Part shown: piece by piece, positions 47,495 to 58,040 of the stretch | How positions within the stretch are numbered: the first letter of the stretch is position 1 | How the letters are laid out: every line of letters begins with the position of its first letter | Source of the DNA: an uncultured virus (IMG/VR IMGVR_UViG_2522125086_000002) | Taxonomy: Duplodnaviria > Heunggongvirae > Uroviricota > Caudoviricetes | Length of the DNA stretch: 62,330 nucleotides | Reading direction: 5' to 3' (one strand) | Virus record (IMG/VR): IMGVR_UViG_2522125086_000002 | Position numbers and translations under genes: made by a program | Notes under the pieces: generated by a model | Databases searched by the model: none | Seen by the model: the letters and a program-made list of their open reading frames with translations, nothing else | Told to the model about the DNA's origin: nothing

Positions 47495-48071
47495 TGCGGC
47501 TTCTCCTGTTCGGAAAAACCGAAGCGGAGAAAACCGTTATGGCTGAATTGTCTCGTGTACATATAAGGTCACCTCGCGGGATAGTCCCCGTTTCGGAAGT
47601 GACCAGTGGTGCATGACACCGGACTGTTAATGAAAATTCGCCTGTTTCAGCCATGCACTCATCAATTTGCAACTTGATGAGCTTACGCAGGCGAGTGTTA
47701 AAAAATAGGTATTGCTCTTAGCTTTCTATTAGTAGCCACAAGAGCCGGTTAAATCTGACGTTTTGGAGGAGTTGTCCCATCCATTTGGTCAAGAATCAAA
47801 CAAAAAAAGCAGGCATCGATAAGGGTGTCTGCTTGGATAACGCACTTTTGAAAATGTGATCTACTTAACAATTAATGCGAGCGGCTGATTGTACACGTTT
47901 ATTGAAAGTCCGTGTGAAAATAAAACGCCCTTTGGGGCTAAGTGACGATTAATTGATAATGTCTGGTATATTTATTATTCGTTTGAGGTGAAATGTGTAA
48001 GTTTTTGATGCAAAAGTGGGCAAAATGTGATCTTTATAAGATTTTTTGTGCTTCGAATATAAAATGTATTT

Positions 48072-48141
48072 TTGGTTATTGACAACCAAAACAACCGGTG
48101 ATAGACTTTATTACAGTTGTTGATTTGGTTATGAATAACCA
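48072..48141 (+). promoter_or_regulatory. Sigma70 promoter with two palindromic operator-like sites
   Basis: TTGACA (48079), 17 bp, TAGACT (48102) with extended TG; palindromes TTGGTT-N6-AACCAA (48072-48089) and TGGTTAT-GA-ATAACCA (48126-48141). Confidence 0.6.
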
Positions 48142-48156
48142 TAAATAGAGGTAATT

Positions 48157-49881
48157 ATGTTATACAGAAAAGAAAACTTAAATATTGAGTCTAAGGCAGT
48201 AAGTGAAATCACTTCTAATATTATTAGTTTTATCAGAGGAAGGGGCGTAGTTGAACCTCAGTTGTGCTTTGTTCTTGTTTATGCAGCACACCTGGCTTTG
48301 ACAAATAATGTTAACGATGCTGATGATTTACTTTCTTTTATCGAAGAAAATGTTTCTGAGCAGAGAGCAATGTTTGTCAAAGAGTTTGCAAGAGATAATA
48401 TTAAAATAGCTATTCAAATTTCAGAGTCTTTTTCAGATGAAGATCTCCTTGCGTACATGTTTGTATTTCCAAGAGAATCAGCAGGAAGAGTAAGTGCTGA
48501 ATGTGGTACACCTGAATCGATTTCAAAGTTAGCAATTAAGATTTTAAATATTAGAGAAAATGAAAATATAGCTGATTTTGGAAGTGGGGTTGGAGATTTC
48601 ATTACATCGATTTCTGAAAATAATGATAAAAGTAATGTATATGGAATTGAGATAAATACTTATTCCTGTGAAATTTCAAAAATAAGAGCAGAATTGTTTG
48701 CTGCCAATAATGTTGAGGTGGAACTTGGAGATATGTTCGCCGTCGCAGATGATAGGAAGTTTGATAAAATTTTTTCAAACTATCCTTTTGGGATGCGACT
48801 AATTAATCTTAATGCATCTACAGGATACGTTGATTCTCTTCTTAAGAGAATGCCGGAAATAAAGAGAGCAACGTCTGCAGATTGGATTTTTAATTCATTG
48901 CTCCTTGATCATCTTGAAGATGATGGTAAGGCCGTTGCAATAATGACAAATGGTAGTACATGGAATAGCATTGATCAGAAAATACGAGAGTATTTTGTAC
49001 GGAATGGGTTGATCGAGGCTGTTATAGCATTACCTTCTAAATTGTTTGAATTCACTAATATTCCTACAACTATGATTGTGTTTAGTAGAAATAACAAGAG
49101 CGTAAGGTTGATCGATTCTACCGCTATTTGTGAACAGGGTAGAAGACAAAATATTATAACGGATACTAATATCGATCAGATTATTCGCTTGCTCAATGAA
49201 GATGGGGAACAGGCTATTACTGTTGATTTCAAGACACTTCAGCAAAATGAATTTGTGTTGAATCCTTCAAGATATTTGGAATATACAGTGGAAATTGAAG
49301 ATGGGGTTGAGTTTGGTAGTTTAATTAAAAGTATCACTCGAGGGGCTCAACTAAAGGCTAGTGAACTTGATGATATGGTTTCTGAAGATCCTACTGACAT
49401 CCAATATTTAATGCTGGCGAATATTCAGAATGGAATGATCTCTGAAGATTTACCGTATTTAAAAGAACTTGATCCTAAGTTAGCTAAGTATTTAATAGGG
49501 AATAAGAATCTTCTACTTTCAAAGAATGGAGCTCCTTTTAAAGTTGCGGTTGCAGAGATAGAAGAAGGCAGAAAAATACTTGGAAATGGTAATCTGTTTA
49601 TCATAGCTCTAGATGAGGAAAAGGTTAATCCATTTTTTTTAAAAGCATTTTTTGATAGTGAAGTTGGTTTCGCATCACTTAAGAAAATTGTCGTAGGTAC
49701 AACAATTCCAAACATTTCTTTAGAGTCGCTTAAGAAGCTCATGGTTCCTTTGCCGCCAATGGAAAAGCAAAACGAGATTGCTGATTTGTATCAGGCAAAA
49801 CAGGACGAAATAAAGGTTTTACAGCTTAAACTTAAAAAGGCTCATAATGCTTTAAGAGGAATCTTCGGGGAGGTGAAGTGA
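48157..49881 (+). CDS. N-6 DNA methyltransferase fused to a C-terminal HsdS-like target recognition domain
   Basis: DFGSGVG motif I, NYPFG motif IV variant, IEAVIALP; C-terminal GTTIPNIS...VPLPPMEKQNEI. Confidence 0.8.
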   Translation: MLYRKENLNIESKAVSEITSNIISFIRGRGVVEPQLCFVLVYAAHLALTNNVNDADDLLSFIEENVSEQRAMFVKEFARDNIKIAIQISESFSDEDLLAYMFVFPRESAGRVSAECGTPESISKLAIKILNIRENENIADFGSGVGDFITSISENNDKSNVYGIEINTYSCEISKIRAELFAANNVEVELGDMFAVADDRKFDKIFSNYPFGMRLINLNASTGYVDSLLKRMPEIKRATSADWIFNSLLLDHLEDDGKAVAIMTNGSTWNSIDQKIREYFVRNGLIEAVIALPSKLFEFTNIPTTMIVFSRNNKSVRLIDSTAICEQGRRQNIITDTNIDQIIRLLNEDGEQAITVDFKTLQQNEFVLNPSRYLEYTVEIEDGVEFGSLIKSITRGAQLKASELDDMVSEDPTDIQYLMLANIQNGMISEDLPYLKELDPKLAKYLIGNKNLLLSKNGAPFKVAVAEIEEGRKILGNGNLFIIALDEEKVNPFFLKAFFDSEVGFASLKKIVVGTTIPNISLESLKKLMVPLPPMEKQNEIADLYQAKQDEIKVLQLKLKKAHNALRGIFGEVK

Positions 49882-49882
49882 T

Positions 49883-50410
49883 ATGTTGTCGATTGAAGAA
49901 TTATCCGAACTTGAAGATGCTATCATGGATGTTTTGCCTGGTAAAATAACGGAAATACTTTCAAAGGCAAATAGAAGTGGAGATCTTACTGAGCTTTTGG
50001 GGCTGCTTGGTTTATCAGATTTACTTGGCAGTGAGAATAAGTTTGAAACATATAAGAACGGAAAAATAGTAGTCGTAGGTGGAACAGAAACAAAAGAAGA
50101 AATTCTTGTTTCCATAGGAAAGCAGCTTGGAATTGACAAGAATCGCTTTGAGTTTTGCTTGGACTATGAAAGCGTTCAAAAGTTTGATTTTAATAAAATG
50201 CAGTATGCTCCACAGTATCGAGTCATATTATTTGGACCGACACCTCACAGTGGTCATGGTAAAGGCGATAGTAGGAGTATTATCGCAGAAATCGAAAAAA
50301 AGGATGGTTACCCTAGAGTTGAAAGACTTATGAGTGGGCAAGAATTAAAAATAACAAAAACTAATTTTAGGGAAAAACTGAAACAGTTGTTAGATGATGG
50401 ATACATATAG
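49883..50410 (+). CDS. Hypothetical protein coupled to the MTase-TRD gene
   Basis: Starts 1 nt after the upstream stop, with GGAGG RBS; KIVVVGG...VILFGPTPHS alpha/beta domain. Confidence 0.65.
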   Translation: MLSIEELSELEDAIMDVLPGKITEILSKANRSGDLTELLGLLGLSDLLGSENKFETYKNGKIVVVGGTETKEEILVSIGKQLGIDKNRFEFCLDYESVQKFDFNKMQYAPQYRVILFGPTPHSGHGKGDSRSIIAEIEKKDGYPRVERLMSGQELKITKTNFREKLKQLLDDGYI

Positions 50411-50705
50411 GGAGATATTTTGATTCGATAAAAACAATGAAATGCGATTGATATTGTGGTGAATAGGTTGCTTGAAAATACAGTATCGATCGCGGCCTAG
50501 ACACTATAGCTTATATAAACGAATTTTTGAAGTTTGTAAAATAATTGTATAAAAAATATTCTTGTTTTCAGAATTTTATGTTTTTTGTGGTTTTGTAATA
50601 AGAATTTTGTATCACAACTGTGGTAACATGCAAAGTTAATCAATTTGTATGAGTTGGTGATAATTTATGTCCTGTTACTGATATTTTGTGAGGGAGGAAC
50701 AGCCT

Positions 50706-53474
50706 ATGTTGCCCGAAGAACTTGCTAGAGAAAAAATTGATAAGCAGTTGAAAAGTGTGGGCTGGGATATTGTTTCAAGAAACGAGTATATTCCCAAGAG
50801 TACTGCGGCAGTTAAAGAAGCTCTTATGAAAGGCAACAAAGAAAGCGATTATTTGCTTTTCGTAGATGACAAAGCTATTGCTGTAGTTGAGGCTAAACGT
50901 GAAGAAAACCCACTTGGTGAGGATGTAAAAGTCCAAGCAGAGAACTACGCTAACACACCTAAAGACTGGTATGGTGTATGGTTTTCAGGGCAAATTCCTT
51001 TGGTTTATTTAGCTAACGGAAAGAAAATTTATTACAAGAATTTGTTGCATCGTGGAAGCAGATACGAAGAAATTCCAAGCATGCATTCTCCTAAAAAAAT
51101 GCTCCAACTTATAGGCCAATCATCCGAATATGGTGCACTTCCTTTCCTTGATAAGAATGGATTACGAGATTGCCAGTATCAGGCTGAAATAAAGTTCGAA
51201 GAATCGATTAAAGAGGGAAAGAAAAAGAGTCTTGCTGTTTTGGCTACAGGTTCAGGAAAAACTTACCTTGCTTGTCTTGCTACATACAGACTTTTAAATT
51301 ATACCTCGGCTCAAAGAGTTTTGTTCTTAGCAGATCGGAATAATCTCTCTCGCCAAGCTGAAAGCGAGTTTTGTAAGTTTAATCGTACAGAAGGACAGCA
51401 GAAAATGAGTTCTTTGTATGAAATTAAAAGACTCAGAAAAGATACAGACATAAAAGCTGATATTGTAATTTCTACAATTCAAAAACTTTTTGCTGTATTA
51501 ACTGGAGCTGCCCTAGAAGATGATGATAGTGAAGATGCTGAGGATGAAAAGATTTTTTCAGAGGAAGACGATACCAAGATAATAGAACTAGGCGATAATC
51601 TAAAACTTCCTCCAGATCATTTTCAACTCATAATTGTAGACGAATGCCATAGGTCCATTTACGGTAAATGGCGTGCTGTATTAGACTATTTTTCTGGTGC
51701 TCACGTTCTTGGTCTGACTGCTACCCCTACTCCTGAAGCCTATGCTTTCTTCAATAAGAATGTAATTGAAGAGTATTCTTTCGATGATTCAGTTGTTGAT
51801 GGAGTTAATGTTCCATCACGTGTATACAGAATTATCACAAAGGTTACCACTCATGGAGGAACTATTAAAGCAGGGGCCACCGTTGAAGAAATCAGTCGTA
51901 GAACTGATGAACAAAGCGAGGGCGCTAGCCGAAAAAAGGTTGTTTTCCATAACCCTGTAGAGTACAAGCCTAATGTTCTTGATCGTTCTGTTGTAAATGT
52001 TTCTCAGATTAAAGAGGTTTTGGAAACATATAAAACAGCCATATATGATGAACTTTACCCTGAGCGTGAAAGAAAATGGGAATATATTCCAAAAACGCTT
52101 ATATTTGCAAAAGATGATAATCATGCCTCTCAGATTGTTGATCTTGTAGAAGAAGTTTTTAGTTCTGAATTTGAATTAGGAAAGATCCCTGAACATTTTG
52201 TACAGAAGATTACCTATAGGGGCGGAAATTCTAACGAATTGATTAGGGATTTGAATAATGAGAAAGATTTCCGCATAGCTGTTACCGTTACTCTTGTTGC
52301 TACCGGAACTGATGTTCCTCCTTTAGAAGTTGTTCTTTTTATGAAAGATGTTCAATCTGAAGTTCTATATACGCAGATGAAGGGAAGAGGATGTAGAACA
52401 ATTGGTGATGATAAGCTAAAAGAAGTTACCCCAAATGCAAATACAAAGGAATTTTTTTATATTGTTGATGCTGTTGGAGTTACTGAGCATTCTAAGGGGA
52501 TACCTCACCCAACGATTGGTCCTGGACATAAAGATAAGATATTAACATTGGAACAACTGCTAGAGCGATTGGCTCATAATGAATTAAGTGATGATAATTT
52601 GTGTTTACTGTCAAATTATTGTGCAATGATTAATCATAGGTACGACAATAGTCAGTTATTCGGAAGACATTTGGATTATTTTATTACGACATTTGGCTTT
52701 GCGCCGAAGGAAATATCCTACAAAATTAATGAGGCATTTAATCAGCAATCGTTACCGCCGTACAATAGTCCTTCTGAGCATAATACAGAACGAATGGCTT
52801 TGATTTCCAATTTAATATCGAATATTAAGGCTAGAGAAAAACTGTTGGAAATGCAACAAGGCTATATTATAAAAACAGATAATGACCCAGATGAGTTGAT
52901 TTATTCTGGTTTTTCGATTGAAACCGCAAAGACATTTATTGATGAGTTTGAGAAATATCTTGATAAAAATAAGGATGGCATAGAAGCTCTCCGTATAATA
53001 TACAATTCTGAGGATACTCTGATTACACACAGCATGCTTACAGAATTAAGAGAAAGGCTACTTTCTGAAAGTCGTCAGTACGATGTGTACCAAATATGGA
53101 AAAACTATAAGCTTCTAGATGAAAAAGGCAACGTGGACGAACTGGATGTAAAAACGAATTTTAAGGCACTTACAAATTTGATTCAGATTGTTCGTTTCGC
53201 TTATGGTAAAAATGAAAAGTTGTTCTCCTTACTTAAAGGCTATGCAAAGCGATTTAGTCTTTACTGCGGACAAGAGCAAAGGGTTCTTTCTGAGTCCCAA
53301 ATAGAGATTATGAAACAAATAGCTGACTACATAATTAATGATGGGGGAATATCACTAATGGAGTTAAACGAGATCGATACAGATTTATGGCGGAAAGGAG
53401 TGACGTCTTTTAAGCCAACTGTTTTTGCAGAAGAAATACAGATATTGACTCGTTTCTTATTGAAAGCCGCTTAG
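50706..53474 (+). CDS. hsdR: Type I restriction subunit R
   Basis: DYLL...VEAK nuclease, ATGSGKT, DECH, LTATP, TGTDVP, QMKGRGCR. Confidence 0.95.
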   Translation: MLPEELAREKIDKQLKSVGWDIVSRNEYIPKSTAAVKEALMKGNKESDYLLFVDDKAIAVVEAKREENPLGEDVKVQAENYANTPKDWYGVWFSGQIPLVYLANGKKIYYKNLLHRGSRYEEIPSMHSPKKMLQLIGQSSEYGALPFLDKNGLRDCQYQAEIKFEESIKEGKKKSLAVLATGSGKTYLACLATYRLLNYTSAQRVLFLADRNNLSRQAESEFCKFNRTEGQQKMSSLYEIKRLRKDTDIKADIVISTIQKLFAVLTGAALEDDDSEDAEDEKIFSEEDDTKIIELGDNLKLPPDHFQLIIVDECHRSIYGKWRAVLDYFSGAHVLGLTATPTPEAYAFFNKNVIEEYSFDDSVVDGVNVPSRVYRIITKVTTHGGTIKAGATVEEISRRTDEQSEGASRKKVVFHNPVEYKPNVLDRSVVNVSQIKEVLETYKTAIYDELYPERERKWEYIPKTLIFAKDDNHASQIVDLVEEVFSSEFELGKIPEHFVQKITYRGGNSNELIRDLNNEKDFRIAVTVTLVATGTDVPPLEVVLFMKDVQSEVLYTQMKGRGCRTIGDDKLKEVTPNANTKEFFYIVDAVGVTEHSKGIPHPTIGPGHKDKILTLEQLLERLAHNELSDDNLCLLSNYCAMINHRYDNSQLFGRHLDYFITTFGFAPKEISYKINEAFNQQSLPPYNSPSEHNTERMALISNLISNIKAREKLLEMQQGYIIKTDNDPDELIYSGFSIETAKTFIDEFEKYLDKNKDGIEALRIIYNSEDTLITHSMLTELRERLLSESRQYDVYQIWKNYKLLDEKGNVDELDVKTNFKALTNLIQIVRFAYGKNEKLFSLLKGYAKRFSLYCGQEQRVLSESQIEIMKQIADYIINDGGISLMELNEIDTDLWRKGVTSFKPTVFAEEIQILTRFLLKAA

Positions 53475-53489
53475 GAGGTTTTGAAACAA

Positions 53490-54911
53490 ATGGCTTCAAC
53501 ACAGAAATCTGAATCCGCACTGGTTTCCAAGGTGTGGAATATAGCTAATGTTTTAGCTGCTTCAGGGGTCGGATTCACCGATTATATTACACAATTAACA
53601 TACATCCTTTTTTTGAAGATGGATGATGAAAAAGAGAAATTAGGTCTACAAAGTTATCTTCCTGCTGGATATAAATGGGGGGAGCTCACGACATTAACAG
53701 GTACAGATCTTGTTGAAAAATATGAAGATATTCTGAAGGAATTATCTAGTAGCAAAGGACTTGTTGGAACCATTTTTACAAAAGCTACTAATAAAATTAA
53801 TAAACCTGTTATGTTAAAAAAAGTCATCGACATGGTTAGTGAAGATGATTGGTACATGATGGAAGGCGATCTGAAGGGGGCAATATACGAGAAAATTTTG
53901 GAAAAAAATGGGCAGGATAAAAAAAGTGGAGCTGGACAATACTTCACCCCAAGAGCCCTTATTTCTGCAATTGTTGATGTTGTAGATCCTAAAATTGACG
54001 AGACTGTTGCAGATCCTTGTTGCGGTACAGCTGGCTTTCTTTTATCCGCTTATGAGCACATGAAAAAGCAGAGCAAAGATGTAGAAAAGCAAAGGTTTTT
54101 GAAAAATAATGCATTTTATGGTGCCGACAATACAGACCTAGTTGTTACTCTTGCTTCAATGAATCTCTATCTTCATGATATCGGTGTCAATAAAAGCCCT
54201 ATTAGGCTTTGTGACTCTCTGACTGATAAAACGGATGATATGTATAAGGTCGTTATGACTAACCCTCCTTTTGGTACAAGACCTCAGGGGAGTGTGGACG
54301 TATCGGCTAATAGACCTGAATTTATTAAGACATCAGATAATCAGGTTAATTTTCTTCAACATATTATGTCTATCGTCAAGACAGGCGGACGTGTGGGGGT
54401 AGTCTTACCGGATAGTATATTAACAGACGGTGAGTCAACTAAGAAAGTGCGCGATAAGTTAATGAAAGATTTTAATTTGCATACGATTCTGAGATTACCT
54501 ACCGGTATCTTTTATGCCAATGGCGTAAAGACTAATGTTTTATTCTTCGATAAAGGTGAACCGACTAAAGATATTTGGGTGTACGATTATCGAACAGGCG
54601 TCAAGCACACGTTGGTTAATAAACCGATGACTAGAGAACATTTGCAGGATTTTGTTGATTGCTATTGTTCTGGGCATATATGTGACCGAAAAGAAACGTA
54701 TGATGCTGAAAAGAACCCGAACGGAAGGTGGCGTAAATTTTCTGAATCAGAAGTCAAAGCTAGGGAAGATTTGAACTTTAAGTGGCTTGATTTTACAGAG
54801 GATGATGATCGAACTGTTAATGAAATGCTGAGTGAAATACAGAGTAAAGTTAACGGAATGAATGAAGCGGTTGCTCAGTTAAAAGAACTTTTAAAAGGAA
54901 TTGAAGATTGA
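53490..54911 (+). CDS. hsdM: Type I methyltransferase subunit M
   Basis: GQYFTPR, DPCCGTAGF, NPPF, LRLPTGIFYA. Confidence 0.95.
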   Translation: MASTQKSESALVSKVWNIANVLAASGVGFTDYITQLTYILFLKMDDEKEKLGLQSYLPAGYKWGELTTLTGTDLVEKYEDILKELSSSKGLVGTIFTKATNKINKPVMLKKVIDMVSEDDWYMMEGDLKGAIYEKILEKNGQDKKSGAGQYFTPRALISAIVDVVDPKIDETVADPCCGTAGFLLSAYEHMKKQSKDVEKQRFLKNNAFYGADNTDLVVTLASMNLYLHDIGVNKSPIRLCDSLTDKTDDMYKVVMTNPPFGTRPQGSVDVSANRPEFIKTSDNQVNFLQHIMSIVKTGGRVGVVLPDSILTDGESTKKVRDKLMKDFNLHTILRLPTGIFYANGVKTNVLFFDKGEPTKDIWVYDYRTGVKHTLVNKPMTREHLQDFVDCYCSGHICDRKETYDAEKNPNGRWRKFSESEVKAREDLNFKWLDFTEDDDRTVNEMLSEIQSKVNGMNEAVAQLKELLKGIED

Positions 54912-56458
54912 TGGATACTAAAGTACTAAAACAGAAGATCCTTGATCTTGCTATTAGAGGAAAACTTGTACCTCAAGATCCGAATGATGAACCGGCATCC
55001 GTTTTATTAGAAAAAATCCGAGCTGAGAAGCAGCAGATGGTGAAGGATGGTATGCTGAAGTCCAAGGATCTTAAGAATGATACTATTATCTTTGTTGGTG
55101 AAGATAATTTGCATTATGAGAAGTTCAGCGATGGAACTATCAAATGCCTGAAAGATGAAACAAAATTTTTTAAAATTCCAAAATCTTGGAGTTTTGTAAG
55201 GATTAGGGATATTGCATCGGTTAAAGGAGGAAAAAGGATACCAAAGGGAAAAGAATTCAGTGCGGTTCCCACTCCTCACGCCTATATTCGCGTAACAAAT
55301 ATGAAAAATCGCACAATAACTACAAGCGATTTGAAATACATATCAGATGAGATTTATGAAACAATACGGAATTATACAATTTCTAAAACTGATTTGTATT
55401 TAACTATAGCTGGAACCATTGGTCTTGTAGGTGAAGTTCCTGATTTGTTGGATGGGATGAACTTAACAGAGAATGCTGTCAAAGTTACACCTTTCAGCAT
55501 AAATAAAACGTTCTTGTGTTTTTGTTTATTATCATGTTTTGTACAAAATCAATTTCAAGATAAAACACATCAAGTAGCACAACCAAAATTAGCAATTGAA
55601 CGTATTTTAAACACGATAATTCCTTTACCCCCACTTAACGAACAAACACTAATTACTAATTCCGTAAAGACTGCTTTTGATCTTGTTGACTGCGTTGAAA
55701 AACAAAATATAGCATTAGGTGAGATTATAACTAAAACTAAATCCAAAATTCTTGATCTCGCTATTCGAGGTAAGCTAGTTCCTCAAGATCCTAATGATGA
55801 GCCTGTCTCTGTTCTTTTAGAACGCATACATCAAGAAAAAGAAGGACTCATTAAAGCCGGCAAACTCAAGCGTGATAAACGAGAATCAGTCATCTTCCGT
55901 GGTGAGGATAACTCTTATTATGAGAAGTTCAGCGACGGGACTGTTGAATGTATTAGAAAAGAAATACCTTTTGCAATACCTGAAAATTGGAATTGGGTAA
56001 GGCTAAAAAATATTTGTTATAACATATATGCTGGTGGAGATAAGCCCTCAGATTTTGTTAAAGAAAAAGATGCTGAACATTCTATACCTGTAGTCGCCAA
56101 TGGTACTACAAATGAAGGTATAATGGGTTTTACAAAAACATCAACAGCGAAAGCAAATACAATTACTATTGCTGGCAGAGGGACAATAGGTTTTCCCGTT
56201 TATAGAAATTATGAGTATTGTCCCATCGTGAGATTACTTGTCATTAATCAATGTAATTTGATTAATCCTCTTTTTCTCTATTACTATTTGTATGCTCGTA
56301 GGCTTGATAGTGTTGGTTCAAGCATACCTCAACTAACAGTTCCAATGGTTAAGCCCAAACTCATTCCTTTGCCACCTTTAAAAGAACAACAAACCATAGT
56401 GAATCGGATAATTGAATTATTATCCGTTATAGAAAGTATTGATGCTAATCTTATGTAA
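54911..56458 (+). CDS. hsdS: Type I specificity subunit S (expressed copy, two TRDs)
   Basis: Repeated KILDLAIRGKLVPQDPNDEP; IP..W..VR; PLPPL.EQ; ATG overlaps the hsdM stop. Confidence 0.95.
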   Translation: MDTKVLKQKILDLAIRGKLVPQDPNDEPASVLLEKIRAEKQQMVKDGMLKSKDLKNDTIIFVGEDNLHYEKFSDGTIKCLKDETKFFKIPKSWSFVRIRDIASVKGGKRIPKGKEFSAVPTPHAYIRVTNMKNRTITTSDLKYISDEIYETIRNYTISKTDLYLTIAGTIGLVGEVPDLLDGMNLTENAVKVTPFSINKTFLCFCLLSCFVQNQFQDKTHQVAQPKLAIERILNTIIPLPPLNEQTLITNSVKTAFDLVDCVEKQNIALGEIITKTKSKILDLAIRGKLVPQDPNDEPVSVLLERIHQEKEGLIKAGKLKRDKRESVIFRGEDNSYYEKFSDGTVECIRKEIPFAIPENWNWVRLKNICYNIYAGGDKPSDFVKEKDAEHSIPVVANGTTNEGIMGFTKTSTAKANTITIAGRGTIGFPVYRNYEYCPIVRLLVINQCNLINPLFLYYYLYARRLDSVGSSIPQLTVPMVKPKLIPLPPLKEQQTIVNRIIELLSVIESIDANLM

Positions 56459-57807
56459 GAAAAGTTTCCATATAATTAAGCACATTCATAATCTTCTGGA
56501 TAGTACTAACAATTCTATTTTGCTCTTCTAACGGAGGCAACGGAAAAGGAATTCGCAGTACATCTTCTCTTGCAATTCCTGGGATAATACCATTCACGGA
56601 CGATTTTAATTGAGTTACATATGATCTTAAAAAAAGTTGTATGTAACTCTTGTTCACACCATAAGAAGAACGAATGGCCATTATTTGTCTAGCAATGTGC
56701 ACTTTTTCTTCTCTTAAGGTTGCAATATGGCCAACTGTTCCCTTACAGGTTAATAACAGATCTCCTGCAAGAGCTATAGATTTAGGTGTTTTTGTCCATC
56801 TATTTATGATGACCTTACCACAATCGATGTTACTAGCTCCGGTAATGTAAGGAATACCTTCACCGTTTGCATTGTAGCTATCTTTTGATAAATCTTGCCC
56901 AGATATAAGTTCGATGATGTTTTCAAACCGTACCCAAGTCCAAGATTTAGGAATATCAACTATATTTTTATTTTTAATAAGCGTAATAGAACCGTCGCTA
57001 AACTTCTCATAATAAGAGTTATCCTCACCACGGAATATAACAGATTCTCGTTTATCTCGTTTGAGTTTACCTGCCTTGATGAGTTCTTCCTTTTCGTGTC
57101 GTATGCGTTCGAGTAGCTTTGAAGCTGGTTCATCATTAGGATCTTGAGAGACAAGCTTACCACGAATTGCAAGATCTAGAATTTTTGATTTACATTTTAA
57201 GAGTAAAGATTTTAGATCTGTTTGCTGCGATTCAATGATATTTGAATACAACTGAAGATTTTTGATCGATTTAATGATTAATTCCTGCTCATTAATTGGA
57301 GGAACAGGGATAAGCAATTCTTTCAAAGAAGAACCATTGCAATTTGGCTGACCAACACCAACAGACTTATCTGTAATTTGATTCCAATAACACTTGCTGT
57401 TAAAAAAATCATATACATAATCTCGTGATAGCTTTCCAATTAAGCGAATTCGAATAAGATATGAAGCGTATACAGAATCGAAAGGAAGCTCTTTAATAAG
57501 AAAAGACTTTCCGACTGTTGCCCCCGTTCTCGCAAAGACAATATCTCCGGTCATAAGTCTGTATTGTTCTGGACTTTGTAGAGTCGTAAAAGGTACTTTA
57601 TCCCATTCAACTTTTCCATCTTGAATATCAGTTATGCGGAGCAATCTATGAGAACCGCTATTTTCCGCAGAATTACTTACACCGTACTGGATATCTGAAC
57701 ACAGTGAACTTAAACGACTCCAACGCCATCCGTTCGGTAAGGTGAATGGAATTATATCTTCAATGCAAGTAATAGAACCGTCGCTGAACTTCTCATAATG
57801 CAAATTA
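55105..57807. repeat. Inverted repeats of an hsdS shufflon
   Basis: 27-bp perfect IR 55105-55131/57781-57807 and 35-bp perfect IR 55895-55929/57001-57035; all four sites share ATTATGAGAAGTTYAGCGAYGG. Confidence 0.9.
56451..57807 (-). pseudogene. hsdS: Silent inverted hsdS cassette (two more TRDs, no native N-terminus)
   Basis: Homology to hsdS starts exactly at the IR (NLHYEKFSDG); convergent with the expressed hsdS. Confidence 0.85.
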
Positions 57808-58040
57808 GCGGTACAAGAGAAAGGACAAAACTCATTTTCAATAACGATTTCTATCAACATTTCACAGAAAATAATTATGATATGTGATATGTTGTCACGA
57901 ATTTGCAAATTTAACGTTATTTAGCCTTTATTATCCCTACAGTATTTGGTTATGAGTTTTTTATGCGACTATGATAATTTCATTTGTAAATGTTGATTTG
58001 CAATAATAAGTTCGATGCACAGTTTAAAGGAGAGCTATAG

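Noticed and set aside
47478..47672. 64-aa ORF upstream of the sigma-like gene as a repressor or leader peptide
   Set aside because: TTG start and no HTH pattern; the region is better explained as a structured leader
57808..57908. N-terminal extension making the second hsdS an independently expressed gene
   Set aside because: TTG start without a clear RBS; hsdS homology begins only at the inverted repeat
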